Below are positions 1-9,272 of a DNA stretch of 64,000 bases, one piece after another (within the stretch, counting starts at the first letter, position 1; each line of letters begins with the position of its first letter). The notes beneath the pieces were generated by a model that had not been told where the DNA came from, ran no database searches, and saw nothing but the letters and a program-made list of their open reading frames with translations. The stretch is from Candidatus Latescibacterota bacterium (GTDB taxonomy: Bacteria; Latescibacterota; UBA2968; GCA-2709665), in contig OZ252100.1 of NCBI GenBank assembly GCA_965248435.1, positions 3,552,001-3,616,000 on the forward strand, in the 5' to 3' direction. The position numbers and the translations under genes are program-made.

Positions 1-158
1 TCGTTCGAATGACGGGTGAGGGTCTACTCACGGAGTTGACGTTGGATTTCGAGCTGGATTGTCGGCCAGAAATGACGTTCATCCGGTTTTCGTGCTGCGA
101 CACCGACGGGTGCTGGGCGTGGACGAACCCGGTTTGGCTAAGCGATATAGTGTCCTAG
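1..158 (+). CDS. 3' end of a CDS entering the window; possibly PHP-domain (CehA/McbA-like) metallohydrolase
   Basis: Frame from nt 3 reads ...FIRFSCCDTDGCWAWTNPVWLSDIVS* with TAG at 156-158; R-x4-D-x2-G-x2-AWTNP is a typical C-terminus of that family. Confidence 0.5.
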   Translation, partial: VRMTGEGLLTELTLDFELDCRPEMTFIRFSCCDTDGCWAWTNPVWLSDIVS

Positions 159-185
159 AACAGTTTATACGCAACAGGAGGCAGG

Positions 186-992
186 ATGACCCAACCGTTC
201 TTCGATGAATCGACTGTGCGTACGCTTGCGTCCAATCACATCTTCATGCGCGGAGAGCAATATTCCGAGGGGGGGGCTGTCAGTGATCTTACCGTTGAAG
301 GTGAGACCTACGGCGCCATCGTCTACGGAAAACACAATTACTTGGTCAAGATCTGGCGAAAAGGTGACGACGTGAAGAACTCCTGTTCTTGTTCTTACTA
401 CGGGAAAGGAATCTGCAGACACGTGGTCGCCGTGATGCTTACGATTCTTCGACAGGGCCAGACTCATGGGGACTTCAAGTGGTATGACGGCGGCCTTCAA
501 GTTTCTGGCTCCCGACCAGAGAGAGGGAAATCTCCACCGGCAGGTCGGACACCCGCCTCTTCCAATGTTCAAGGACAAGCCACGCTTGCGAAACAGATCA
601 TGAATTCGCCGGTCAAGACGCTCTCCCCGGAAACGAGCCTGGTTGATGCCTACCTTTTTATCCTTGACCATCGGTTTCGACACGTTCCGGTTACTTCTGA
701 AGACAAGAAGCTGGTCGGAATCCTGTCTGACCGAGATCTGCTTCGCGCTGCGGCGGGCATCACGACCGCCCCGAGTTCTGGCTCCGCCAGGATCATACGG
801 GACCTCATGAAGACAACTGTGCTGACGGCGAGTCCGGAAACGGAAATCCGGCAGATTGCCCGGGTCTTCTTCCAGGAGCGGGTCGGTGCGATGCCGATAC
901 TCGATGCGTCGGAGCGTGTCGTGGGGATTATCACCCGGAGCGATGTCCTGCGGACTCTGGTGAACAGTGCTCCGATTGATCTTTGGCTGTGA
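186..992 (+). CDS. SWIM zinc finger - CBS-pair fusion protein
   Basis: GGAGG RBS; SWIM motif CSCSYYGKGICRH; C-terminal CBS pair (IMNSPV..FRHVPV..LVGILSDRDL / LMKTTV..VGAMPI..VVGIITRSDV). Confidence 0.85.
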   Translation: MTQPFFDESTVRTLASNHIFMRGEQYSEGGAVSDLTVEGETYGAIVYGKHNYLVKIWRKGDDVKNSCSCSYYGKGICRHVVAVMLTILRQGQTHGDFKWYDGGLQVSGSRPERGKSPPAGRTPASSNVQGQATLAKQIMNSPVKTLSPETSLVDAYLFILDHRFRHVPVTSEDKKLVGILSDRDLLRAAAGITTAPSSGSARIIRDLMKTTVLTASPETEIRQIARVFFQERVGAMPILDASERVVGIITRSDVLRTLVNSAPIDLWL

Positions 993-1170
993 TCATGGAA
1001 TGGATCGCGACCTCTACACATCTCGCTTCGGGTGATTTCCAGGCCAGTTCGCCAACCCCCTCTCATCCTGCGCACCCCTGTCTTCGCCGCTCTCCTGTCT
1101 CATCCCAAACCCTCAAAAAACGATAACTGTTTCTTTCAGATAGCGACCCTGCCGCGGAAAGAGAATCTGC

Positions 1171-1200
1171 TTGACACGGCCTGTTTGAAAGGAATATATA
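1171..1200 (+). promoter_or_regulatory. Putative sigma70 promoter
   Basis: TTGACA (1171-1176), 18-bp spacer, TATATA (1195-1200), upstream of the gene at 1283. Confidence 0.45.
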
Positions 1201-1282
1201 GGGTTATGCGTCCGGGTCAGCCGTCCCGGGACGCTGTTCTTTGAAGAATTAGGATTTCTTCATTCATCGAAAGGGTAAAGCT

Positions 1283-2218
1283 ATGATCTCGGAAAAAGTC
1301 TTAGGGGCCTACGCCTCAGTCGGATCCCTTTCCGGCCAGGAGCAAGCGGAGTGGTACAAGCGGGCCCAGCGTGATTGGGGAATCAGCTGTTTTGAGATCC
1401 CGCTCCTCGGAGGCGTGGCGATGGCGCCCGAGCTGGTCGAGGCGTTCTCGGAAATGAAGTCTTCCCTCGTGGTGACTCTCGTCGCGCAGTGGGCCACGAA
1501 GGGACAAGGAAATCCAGCCTATGGCCTGTCTTCCCTGGAGGAGTCATCCAGGCAGGAAGCTCTCGTGGACGCCGCTTCCGTCGTTCGACAGTGCAGGGCG
1601 CTTTCCGAGCAGGGCATCCAGATCAGAAACATCGTTGTTCATACCGGGCAGCGAATGGGTAAACCGATCCCACACGCTATTTCATTCTATCGCAGCCTGG
1701 TGCAGCTCCGCAGTGCGGTGGCCGGTGTCCTGCCGGAGAGCGTGCTTGCCGTCGAGCTGACGGACAGCCGACCTCCGGAGCATCCGATCGCCTTTCCTGC
1801 GTCAAAGAAGGCTTCTCTCAAGCTGGCTTGTCTCATTTCGACCCTTGCCACTGTAAACCGCGAGGTCGGACCGGGTCATCCGATTCCACTCGTCGTGAAC
1901 TGGGGTCGTGTGCTTATCAATGAAGACGATCCTCTGGCCAGCATAAAGGAGATTCTGGATTCCGATGTGCCCCTGGCCGGCGTGATCATGTCAGGAGCCG
2001 GAGCATCTGAGCAGGGATTTTCGGACTCTCACAACTCCCATCTGGATCCGGACAGCGGGTTTACCGAGGCTGACGCCTCTGCCTGTGCTTCGGCGCTGGC
2101 ATCCAGCTCCCAATCGACCTTTATCGGGATGAAATGCAGCGTCGCCAAAGGCGGTGACAAGGTCTCCGTGGAGGAGGTGCTCACCGCCCAGGCAAAGGTT
2201 CTGAATGATGTCGGCTAG
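1283..2218 (+). CDS. DUF4862-like TIM-barrel protein
   Basis: 311 aa; N-terminal LGAYA, FEIP, YGLSS, VNWGR and SH motifs recalled from DUF4862. Confidence 0.6.
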   Translation: MISEKVLGAYASVGSLSGQEQAEWYKRAQRDWGISCFEIPLLGGVAMAPELVEAFSEMKSSLVVTLVAQWATKGQGNPAYGLSSLEESSRQEALVDAASVVRQCRALSEQGIQIRNIVVHTGQRMGKPIPHAISFYRSLVQLRSAVAGVLPESVLAVELTDSRPPEHPIAFPASKKASLKLACLISTLATVNREVGPGHPIPLVVNWGRVLINEDDPLASIKEILDSDVPLAGVIMSGAGASEQGFSDSHNSHLDPDSGFTEADASACASALASSSQSTFIGMKCSVAKGGDKVSVEEVLTAQAKVLNDVG

Positions 2219-2244
2219 CACGCAGAAGACTGAGGGTTGAACGA

Positions 2245-3294
2245 ATGGCAGGACAGACATACCGCGCAGGCATCATCGGGACGGGCTTTATCGGCGGGGC
2301 GGACCAGGTTTCAGGAGACGCACTCGGACAGCAGGTGAGCGGTCTCGATGGGACGCACTTTGGTGTCTACTCGAAGCACCCACGCGTGGAGCTCGTTTCC
2401 GGGAGCAGTCGAGACCCGGGAAGGCGAGAGCGATTCGAGGCGCGAAGCGGTGCACGCGCTTACGAAGACTGGGCGAAGATGCTGGCTGAAGAAGCCCTCG
2501 ACATCGTGAGTGTAGCGACATACACAGATGTGCGCGCCGAGATAACAGTTGCCTGTGCGGAGGCCGGGACCCGCGTGATATATGCCGAGAAGCCGATCGC
2601 GCAGGTCCTTGGCGACGCAGAACGAATGCTGAGCGCGTGTAGGTCCTCCAAATCCCTCCTCGTCGTCAATCACAATCGACGATACATACCCAACTTCCAT
2701 AGATTGAGAGATCTGGTCGCCGATGGCGGCCTTGGGGAGCTTACTTCGGCGGGTGTTCGATGGCCAACGGGGCGGCTCGGGAATCTAGGCACCCACAACC
2801 TTGACGCCGTTCGGATGTTAACCGGGAGGGAGGTCCTGGCGGTCTCCGGCACCCTCGACCCTGCAGGCAAGCCTGACTGCAGGGGGCCCAGGTTCCGTGA
2901 TCCGGGGGGTTGGGGCGTGATGAGGCTCGATGGCGACCTGATGGCTACCGTGGATGCGGCGGATTGGGGTGTCGGCATTGCTTGGATCATTCTGTACGGT
3001 TCCGAAGGGCGGGCCGTCTTGTCCGGTCTGGACGATGTCGAGATCGAGTACCTGGACGGCCGAAAAGAGCACTTGCCCACCAGCAAGAAAGAAGGAACGA
3101 CCTCCATGGATCGGGCGCTGGATTCGATCGTGGCGTGGATGGATGACGGGACGCCGTTCCCCTGTCCACCTGGGGAATCGGTGAGGACGCTGGAAGTCAT
3201 CCTCGCATTCCACGCATCAGATGCCCGAAACGGGGCCTGGGTTGAACTCCCCCTTGATGGCGAAGACCGCGAGCGCATCCTGCGTAGCGGCTAA
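2245..3294 (+). CDS. Gfo/Idh/MocA family oxidoreductase
   Basis: GIIGTGFIG Rossmann motif, AEKPIA, NHNRRY, GTHNLD. Confidence 0.9.
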   Translation: MAGQTYRAGIIGTGFIGGADQVSGDALGQQVSGLDGTHFGVYSKHPRVELVSGSSRDPGRRERFEARSGARAYEDWAKMLAEEALDIVSVATYTDVRAEITVACAEAGTRVIYAEKPIAQVLGDAERMLSACRSSKSLLVVNHNRRYIPNFHRLRDLVADGGLGELTSAGVRWPTGRLGNLGTHNLDAVRMLTGREVLAVSGTLDPAGKPDCRGPRFRDPGGWGVMRLDGDLMATVDAADWGVGIAWIILYGSEGRAVLSGLDDVEIEYLDGRKEHLPTSKKEGTTSMDRALDSIVAWMDDGTPFPCPPGESVRTLEVILAFHASDARNGAWVELPLDGEDRERILRSG

Positions 3295-3370
3295 CAAATC
3301 AGGTTCGAAAGCGTGTCTGTAATATCTGCGCGCGATTTCCCCTTTGTGTGGATCAAAAAAGGAGAACCCC

Positions 3371-3748
3371 ATGGGCAAACCTACAACTCAAGTGCGCGAC
3401 GGATCCTCCGTCAAGCTGATGAATGCTCCGATTCCGGAGGATCAGATTCTGGAAGGCGAAGCGAAGGCCAGGATGTGGATTTCGGCACAATCTCCGGACC
3501 TGAAGGTGACGCAGGGGGTCTGGGACTGCACTGCTGGAAAGTTCACGTGGAATTACACCTGGGACGAGTTCGTGTTTATCCTGGAGGGAGAGGCCACTGT
3601 GGTCGACGAAGGGGGTGAAAGCAGGACCTTCAAGGCCGGTGACTTTGCCAATTTTCCTGCAGGGCTGAGTGCCACGTGGCACGTTCCGGAATACATCAAA
3701 AAGACCTTCGTCCTTCGAACGCCGGAACCGCTCGAGCTTTACGCGTGA
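3371..3748 (+). CDS. Cupin (DUF861/EutQ-like)
   Basis: AAGGAG RBS before ATG 3371; GVWDCTAGKF..DEFVFILEGEA..FPAG..TWHV. Confidence 0.85.
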   Translation: MGKPTTQVRDGSSVKLMNAPIPEDQILEGEAKARMWISAQSPDLKVTQGVWDCTAGKFTWNYTWDEFVFILEGEATVVDEGGESRTFKAGDFANFPAGLSATWHVPEYIKKTFVLRTPEPLELYA

Positions 3749-3764
3749 CTCAACGGGAGACGGA

Positions 3765-4658
3765 ATGGGACCCTGGAACTGCGTCCTTACGCTGAAAGCT
3801 GATCGAAGCGTCGTGGCCGGTGGCGAATTGGCGCTGGCCGATGCCATCCGGGCCGGTGCGGACCTGCGTATCTGTACTGAATTTCTATACAACGAACACG
3901 TCAACACCTCCTCGGACAATCCGGAGGTGGTCCGGGAAGTCTGCGAATTCAAAATCACCTACCTCGTTGACAACAGATGGGTGGCGGCCGTCATGGGCCT
4001 TCGTCAACCCACCCACCTTCCGGACGGTTTTGGTGGAAGGCCGTCGATGTCCTTTTTCCTGTATAATCAGAACGGACAGCAGGCGATCGCCCGTCCTTAC
4101 CTGGATGGCCCGCCTGTGAAGGGACCCCTGGGTTCGACCCCCCAAAGTGAACACTTGGACATGCCCAAGATGCACGGGCAGAGCGGCTGGGACGGGGACA
4201 CGAACGCACCCAGCCGAAACTTCATCTACGATTTCGAGGTCTTCCGTTTCTACGTGAACGATTCGTGGGAGGAGGTCTTCTCCCACGATGCAGACGGCGT
4301 CGCGACCTCCGGATCGCTGGATGCTCTGACCGAGGCGTTTTCCGAGGGTAAAGAGGTGAAGGTCGGTGTGAGGGATCTCTGCCAGGATATGCCAAACGCG
4401 CAGAACGTGGCGCACGAGGTTTTTACACAGGTGGGTTCTTGCTACTATTTTACGGAAAGCAGGTGGTTCATCGCCGGATCTCATCCCGTTGTTCGGGTGA
4501 AGCCTGCGATTCCGATGTTGTATGAGAGCAATGGGTGGGATTTCGGCTGGCTGATGCTCCGCTCCGACGGTCACGTTGCTTTCAGGCGATGCGACCCCTA
4601 TACCCTTCGTTTCGAAGAGATCGAACAGAAGCTGGCGATCCGCTGGTTTGTGCGTTGA
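3765..4658 (+). CDS. Uncharacterised protein with two-fold internal repeat
   Basis: GGGAG RBS before ATG 3765; packed into the operon; the two halves align with each other. Confidence 0.75.
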   Translation: MGPWNCVLTLKADRSVVAGGELALADAIRAGADLRICTEFLYNEHVNTSSDNPEVVREVCEFKITYLVDNRWVAAVMGLRQPTHLPDGFGGRPSMSFFLYNQNGQQAIARPYLDGPPVKGPLGSTPQSEHLDMPKMHGQSGWDGDTNAPSRNFIYDFEVFRFYVNDSWEEVFSHDADGVATSGSLDALTEAFSEGKEVKVGVRDLCQDMPNAQNVAHEVFTQVGSCYYFTESRWFIAGSHPVVRVKPAIPMLYESNGWDFGWLMLRSDGHVAFRRCDPYTLRFEEIEQKLAIRWFVR

Positions 4659-4705
4659 CTTGACCTGCCTCCCGCTATCTACGTAACCCGATGGGGTTGT
4701 GAGCG

Positions 4706-5206
4706 ATGGCCATAAGAGAAATTCTGCTGCTCGGGAACCCGAAACTCTACGAGGTATGCGAGCCGGTTCGAGAGGACGAGCTCCAGGGTCTCGAACCTGT
4801 AGTGCAGGATCTCCACGACACGATGATGGACTTCAAAGACAGGTACGGACTGGGGCGCGCGATCGCCGCCCCGCAGATCGGGGTGATGAAGCGGCTCGTC
4901 TACATGTTCGTCGAATTGCCTTCGATTTTTGTCAATCCGACGATCGATCAGAAGAGCGAAGAGATGATCGAGATGTGGGACGACTGCATGAGCTTTCCCG
5001 AGCTCGTCGTGAAGGTGAAAAGGCACAAGACGTGTCGCATCACCTTTCGGGACGAAAACTGGGCGGAACAGCGCGAAGACCTGGACGAAGATCTGGGGGA
5101 GCTGCTGCAGCACGAAGTGGATCATCTGGATGGAATTCTGGCCGTACAGCGCGCGATCGACGAGAAGTCGTTCGGGCTCAGGAGTCAGTTGAGTCTGCTG
5201 AAGTAG
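4706..5206 (+). CDS. def: Peptide deformylase family protein (divergent motifs)
   Basis: GRAIAAPQIG, DDCMS (canonical EGCLS), QHEVDHLDG. Confidence 0.85.
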   Translation: MAIREILLLGNPKLYEVCEPVREDELQGLEPVVQDLHDTMMDFKDRYGLGRAIAAPQIGVMKRLVYMFVELPSIFVNPTIDQKSEEMIEMWDDCMSFPELVVKVKRHKTCRITFRDENWAEQREDLDEDLGELLQHEVDHLDGILAVQRAIDEKSFGLRSQLSLLK

Positions 5207-5224
5207 GTTTGCAAAGGGACCAAG

Positions 5225-6307
5225 ATGCGCGCCGTTGTCATGCGTGACAAAAAGCTAATTACCGATGATCTTCCGCTTCCTGAACCGGGGGAAGGGGAGG
5301 TCCTCGTGAAGACGCTCGCGTGCGGCATCTGCGGGACGGACCTCCACGCGTTCAAGCACGCCGAGAAGTTTATGGAGCGCGCCCGTCGCGTCGGATCGCC
5401 TCACGTGACCGACATTTCGCGGGACATCGTGATGGGTCACGAATTCTGCTCCGAGATCGTAGACTACGGGCCGGGTACTACCAAAAAACTGAAGGCTGGC
5501 ACGAGGGTGTGCGGCATCCCCCGTCTTGTTCGGCCGGACCGAATTCGCGCCGTGGGCTTTTCTTGCGAGACCCCGGGAGGTTTCGCCGAGTACATGCCAC
5601 TGACCGAATCCCTGCTGTTCGAGGTCCCTGAGGACCTGCCTTCGGAACAGGCGGCCCTTACGGAGCCGATGGCGGTGGGCACCCACGCAGTCGAGAAGGC
5701 TCGCCTGGATCCTAACGATGTCGCGCTCGTGATCGGCTGTGGTCCGATTGGCCTCGCAGTCATCGCGGCGCTCCGATTGAAGGGCGTACGGCCGATTGTC
5801 GCGGCTGATTTTTCTCAGCGAAGAAGGGAATTTGCGGAAGCCCTCGGGGCTGACGTGACCGTCGATCCTGCGGAGCACTCGCCTTACGAAAGCTGGACCG
5901 AGGCGGCCGCTAAGGACAGGGCAGAGGATGCGCCCTCTTCGCATGCTCTGTTCCCCGGACAGTCCATTCGTCCGGCTCTAATCTTCGAGTGTGTCGGGAC
6001 ACCGGGCGTCATCGAGCAGGTGATGGCTTCTGCCCCTCGCAATTCCCGCATCGTCGCCCTCGGGCTGTGTATGGAACGAGATCAGTTCGAGCCGGCGTTC
6101 GGGGTCCTCAAGGAGCTGAACCTCCAGTTCTTGATCGGCTACAGCCTGGATGAGTTCGGAGATACCCTTCGCAGCATCGCGGACGGGAAGATTCCTGTGG
6201 AACCGCTCATCACGGGCAAGGTCGGCCTTGAAGGCGTGGCGGGCGCGTTCGAGGAGCTCAATTCGCCGGAGAAACACGCGAAGATTGTCGTCGAACCGAC
6301 ACGGTGA
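5225..6307 (+). CDS. Zn-dependent alcohol dehydrogenase (MDR) lacking the structural-Zn lobe
   Basis: CGICGTD, GHE, GCGPIG; no four-Cys loop after RVC. Confidence 0.9.
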   Translation: MRAVVMRDKKLITDDLPLPEPGEGEVLVKTLACGICGTDLHAFKHAEKFMERARRVGSPHVTDISRDIVMGHEFCSEIVDYGPGTTKKLKAGTRVCGIPRLVRPDRIRAVGFSCETPGGFAEYMPLTESLLFEVPEDLPSEQAALTEPMAVGTHAVEKARLDPNDVALVIGCGPIGLAVIAALRLKGVRPIVAADFSQRRREFAEALGADVTVDPAEHSPYESWTEAAAKDRAEDAPSSHALFPGQSIRPALIFECVGTPGVIEQVMASAPRNSRIVALGLCMERDQFEPAFGVLKELNLQFLIGYSLDEFGDTLRSIADGKIPVEPLITGKVGLEGVAGAFEELNSPEKHAKIVVEPTR

Positions 6308-6338
6308 TATGAGGGCCCACCTAAGAATCGTGATCACT

Positions 6339-6367
6339 GACCGCGGACGACAGACGGCTGACCGCGG
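6339..6367. repeat. Degenerate heptamer repeat (GACCGCG/GACGACA/GACGGCT)
   Basis: gaccgcg gacgaca gacggct gaccgcg; related tracts at 36159, 48731 and 57558. Confidence 0.6.
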
Positions 6368-6387
6368 ATGAAGGGAGCGCTTCGGAT

Positions 6388-9216
6388 ATGCAAGTCGTAC
6401 AGGCCGACTATATGACACAGTTGCTCACGCTTACGCTTCCCGGAGATCCGAAGCACTGGGGAAGGCTAAGCGCGTGGGTGAAGGTCACGCAGCCCTGTGG
6501 CTATTCAGTCGAGCTGGATGGCGATTTGAGGACCGAGGGCAAGCAGGCGAAGGTCCGCATCCACTACCCGTTGATGGATGATGGGGCCTATGAACAGATC
6601 GAAGGACCTGCCTCTTCTCTCCTGTTCGACATGGGTGCGACGACATTCACGGTCGAGATATCGAGCGACGGCGCTCCGATTGTCTCTGAAACGGCCGAGT
6701 TGGATCAGGATCAGCTCTTTGCCAACAGCTCCAAAGGGCGGCTTCGTGACGACTTCCCACCCGGTTTTATCGAGTGCGCACCGCTTCGGCCGGTGTGCAT
6801 CGACCACGATGAAGTGCCGGTGACGATCCGACTGAAGACCGAGCGCGTGCCGGCGTGCCGCGTCCGTCTGGATGTGACGGCGCGCCGCGGGACCGAATCG
6901 CTCGTGGATCCCGTGGAGCTGGATTTGACTGAGAAATCCCAGGTCGTCAGGTTCCAGCACGCGGGATGGGATCGAGGGGAGTACTGGGTCCGGGTCCAGC
7001 TGGTCGAGGACGGAAAGGCGTCCGGGCCCTACATGGTCAGGAAGTTCTGGAAAGAGGTGATGGGTCCTGACGTGGTGCCGGAGCCTCCGTTGAAGTTGGG
7101 AGATTCTGTGGAGTACATGTGCGACGGTTGGCTTTTTGAGGATCTGAATGGGATCGATTTCTGGCCGATGAGTTACGATCCGAATCCTGACAAGCCGGCG
7201 ATCGCGATGGAAAAGCCGTGGGAATTCGGAATGATAGGCATGGAGGCTCCGGAGTTCGACGCGGAGGCGGGCCTCTACAAGACGAAATACAAGATGATGG
7301 TAGAGGTGTATCACCGGAGGGGCTACGACTGGCACCTTTTGGCGGACGATCTCGACTCAGACGACGACCTGGCGACTCTGGAGCGGTTGGAATCTTGGCT
7401 ACGCCGTTCTGGTCGCGGTAGGTCAGGCGTTCCGGCAAAGGAACTGAGACGGATAGACATTGGCGTGAAGAAAGAAAAATTGGATCCGATGGCCGGGCCA
7501 TATGGCGAGCTTCTAGAGAAGTTGCTTGCCGAAGGAATACCCGTTCAGGAATACAACATCCCTCCGCTCGGCTTCTCTTACGCCATTCTGAATGATCCGC
7601 GGCCGAATGCGGAACGGAACACAGACCACGTAATGCTCGCTGTACCTGGTATGCGGGAAGATGGCGCGCTTCCCGACCCCAGGGAGATCGACGGAGCGCA
7701 GGCCCAGATCTTCGAGATGTGGCCCGAAGACCTGAATCGGCCAAACTACGTCTGTCTTGCCACCTCAAAGGACGGGGTGGAATGGGAAAAACCGGAAGTC
7801 GGGCGTGTCGAGTTCCACGGGTCAAAGGCGAACAACATCCTTGGCACCTTTGAAGAATTTTTTCGTGAAAGAAACCCTCAGGATGTCACCGCGGCGTTCA
7901 CGCTGGGGATCACGACGCCCAAGTTCAAATTTCGCAAGTATGATCCGAAACGCGACGGTCCCGTGGACATCGACAAGATGTTTATGGCCCAGATCTCGGA
8001 GGGAAGAAATTCTAAAGTCGACTTCATGTGGCCGGATGATTTCGAGGACTCGAAAGAGGAGCTGGGCTTTACGCCGATGGTTCGCAGCTACTATCCTATG
8101 ATGTACAAAGGGGACAACGAATATCTCTTCCTGAGCGACAAACCCTTGATTCACATGGGCGGTGGAATGGATCTGATGCATTCCACAGAGACGATTCGCC
8201 ATCAGGTCGAACGTGTTGACGAGCCGACGATTTTCTGGTACTACAGACCCAATACGCCCGGCTACGCACCACATTGCGCGACGTGGGACAACCATCAGGG
8301 ACAGATGCGCAACCTGGCGGTAATGTGGACGGACGACGGTGTGAACTTCCGAAAGCTGGCCTGTTTGGGCGTCGACGAGTTCGATCCACCCGGGATGCAG
8401 TACTATGGAATGGAACTGATTCTTGAGCATCCGGCGTGTGAAAGCGGCAGGACAATGCTGAGAAGGACGTCGAGTTCCGGCGTGGCGGTGAAGCGGGAGG
8501 GGATGTACGTCGCCACAGTTCGTGCGCATCCAGCGATGGATCAAACCCAGTACCCTGAACTCATCTGGTCGCGCGACCTTCTGCACTGGCATCGGTTCAC
8601 GGACCACCGGGCGCCTCTTGTAAAGCTCAGACCTGATGAAGGGGCCTACAACTGGGGTATGAACTTTGGCGGGACCAGCTACTATTCGTTCAGGAACAGG
8701 GATGGAAACGAGACTTGGGGGCTTGTCAACACCGCAAGCACAGGGCGCCACCACCACGTGAGCATCGGGACCCGACACCGGACGCTGAAAGGATTCCAGG
8801 CCCTTTTCCCGCATTATAGCGACACCCCGTTCTTCAAGGACTGGGATACCCTGTGGCAGAGAGCAAAGCGTCAGTCTTATACACCTCTTATCACGCACAT
8901 CAAACCGGGGCGGCTTGCCTACGCAGCGCCGAAGGACGGGTCGGGTGAATTCACGACCCATCCGATCCACTTCGAGGCCGAGGATCTGATTATCAATGCT
9001 CAGGTTGAAGCGGGAAGTCTGCGCGCTGAAGTCCAGGATAATTCCGGCGGGGTGATTGAGGGGTATGCACTCGGCGACTCGGATGCCTTCACCGGAGATG
9101 AGGTCAACCACCGGCCTTCGTGGAGTGGGAGGGGACTCGGCGACCTTTCAGGGCGGATTCTGAAGTTTCGCTTTGTTCTTGAGAGCGCGAAGTTTTTTGC
9201 GATGAACTTGGTTTAG
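6388..9216 (+). CDS. Large uncharacterised protein, probable glycosidase-like beta-propeller plus C-terminal beta-sandwich (copy 1)
   Basis: 942 aa; CLATSKDGVEWEKP, WTDDGVNF, WSRDLLHW blade motifs; C-terminal FTTHPI..LIINA..GSLRAEVQD..FTGDEV. Confidence 0.75.
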   Translation: MQVVQADYMTQLLTLTLPGDPKHWGRLSAWVKVTQPCGYSVELDGDLRTEGKQAKVRIHYPLMDDGAYEQIEGPASSLLFDMGATTFTVEISSDGAPIVSETAELDQDQLFANSSKGRLRDDFPPGFIECAPLRPVCIDHDEVPVTIRLKTERVPACRVRLDVTARRGTESLVDPVELDLTEKSQVVRFQHAGWDRGEYWVRVQLVEDGKASGPYMVRKFWKEVMGPDVVPEPPLKLGDSVEYMCDGWLFEDLNGIDFWPMSYDPNPDKPAIAMEKPWEFGMIGMEAPEFDAEAGLYKTKYKMMVEVYHRRGYDWHLLADDLDSDDDLATLERLESWLRRSGRGRSGVPAKELRRIDIGVKKEKLDPMAGPYGELLEKLLAEGIPVQEYNIPPLGFSYAILNDPRPNAERNTDHVMLAVPGMREDGALPDPREIDGAQAQIFEMWPEDLNRPNYVCLATSKDGVEWEKPEVGRVEFHGSKANNILGTFEEFFRERNPQDVTAAFTLGITTPKFKFRKYDPKRDGPVDIDKMFMAQISEGRNSKVDFMWPDDFEDSKEELGFTPMVRSYYPMMYKGDNEYLFLSDKPLIHMGGGMDLMHSTETIRHQVERVDEPTIFWYYRPNTPGYAPHCATWDNHQGQMRNLAVMWTDDGVNFRKLACLGVDEFDPPGMQYYGMELILEHPACESGRTMLRRTSSSGVAVKREGMYVATVRAHPAMDQTQYPELIWSRDLLHWHRFTDHRAPLVKLRPDEGAYNWGMNFGGTSYYSFRNRDGNETWGLVNTASTGRHHHVSIGTRHRTLKGFQALFPHYSDTPFFKDWDTLWQRAKRQSYTPLITHIKPGRLAYAAPKDGSGEFTTHPIHFEAEDLIINAQVEAGSLRAEVQDNSGGVIEGYALGDSDAFTGDEVNHRPSWSGRGLGDLSGRILKFRFVLESAKFFAMNLV

Positions 9217-9272
9217 TGATCGATCGTGTTCAAAGTCACGTCGGTCGCTAATCACACGACGGGGTGAATGAT

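Noticed and set aside
1032-1244. 70-aa ORF in the spacer
   Set aside because: It has no RBS or motif and overlaps the putative promoter.
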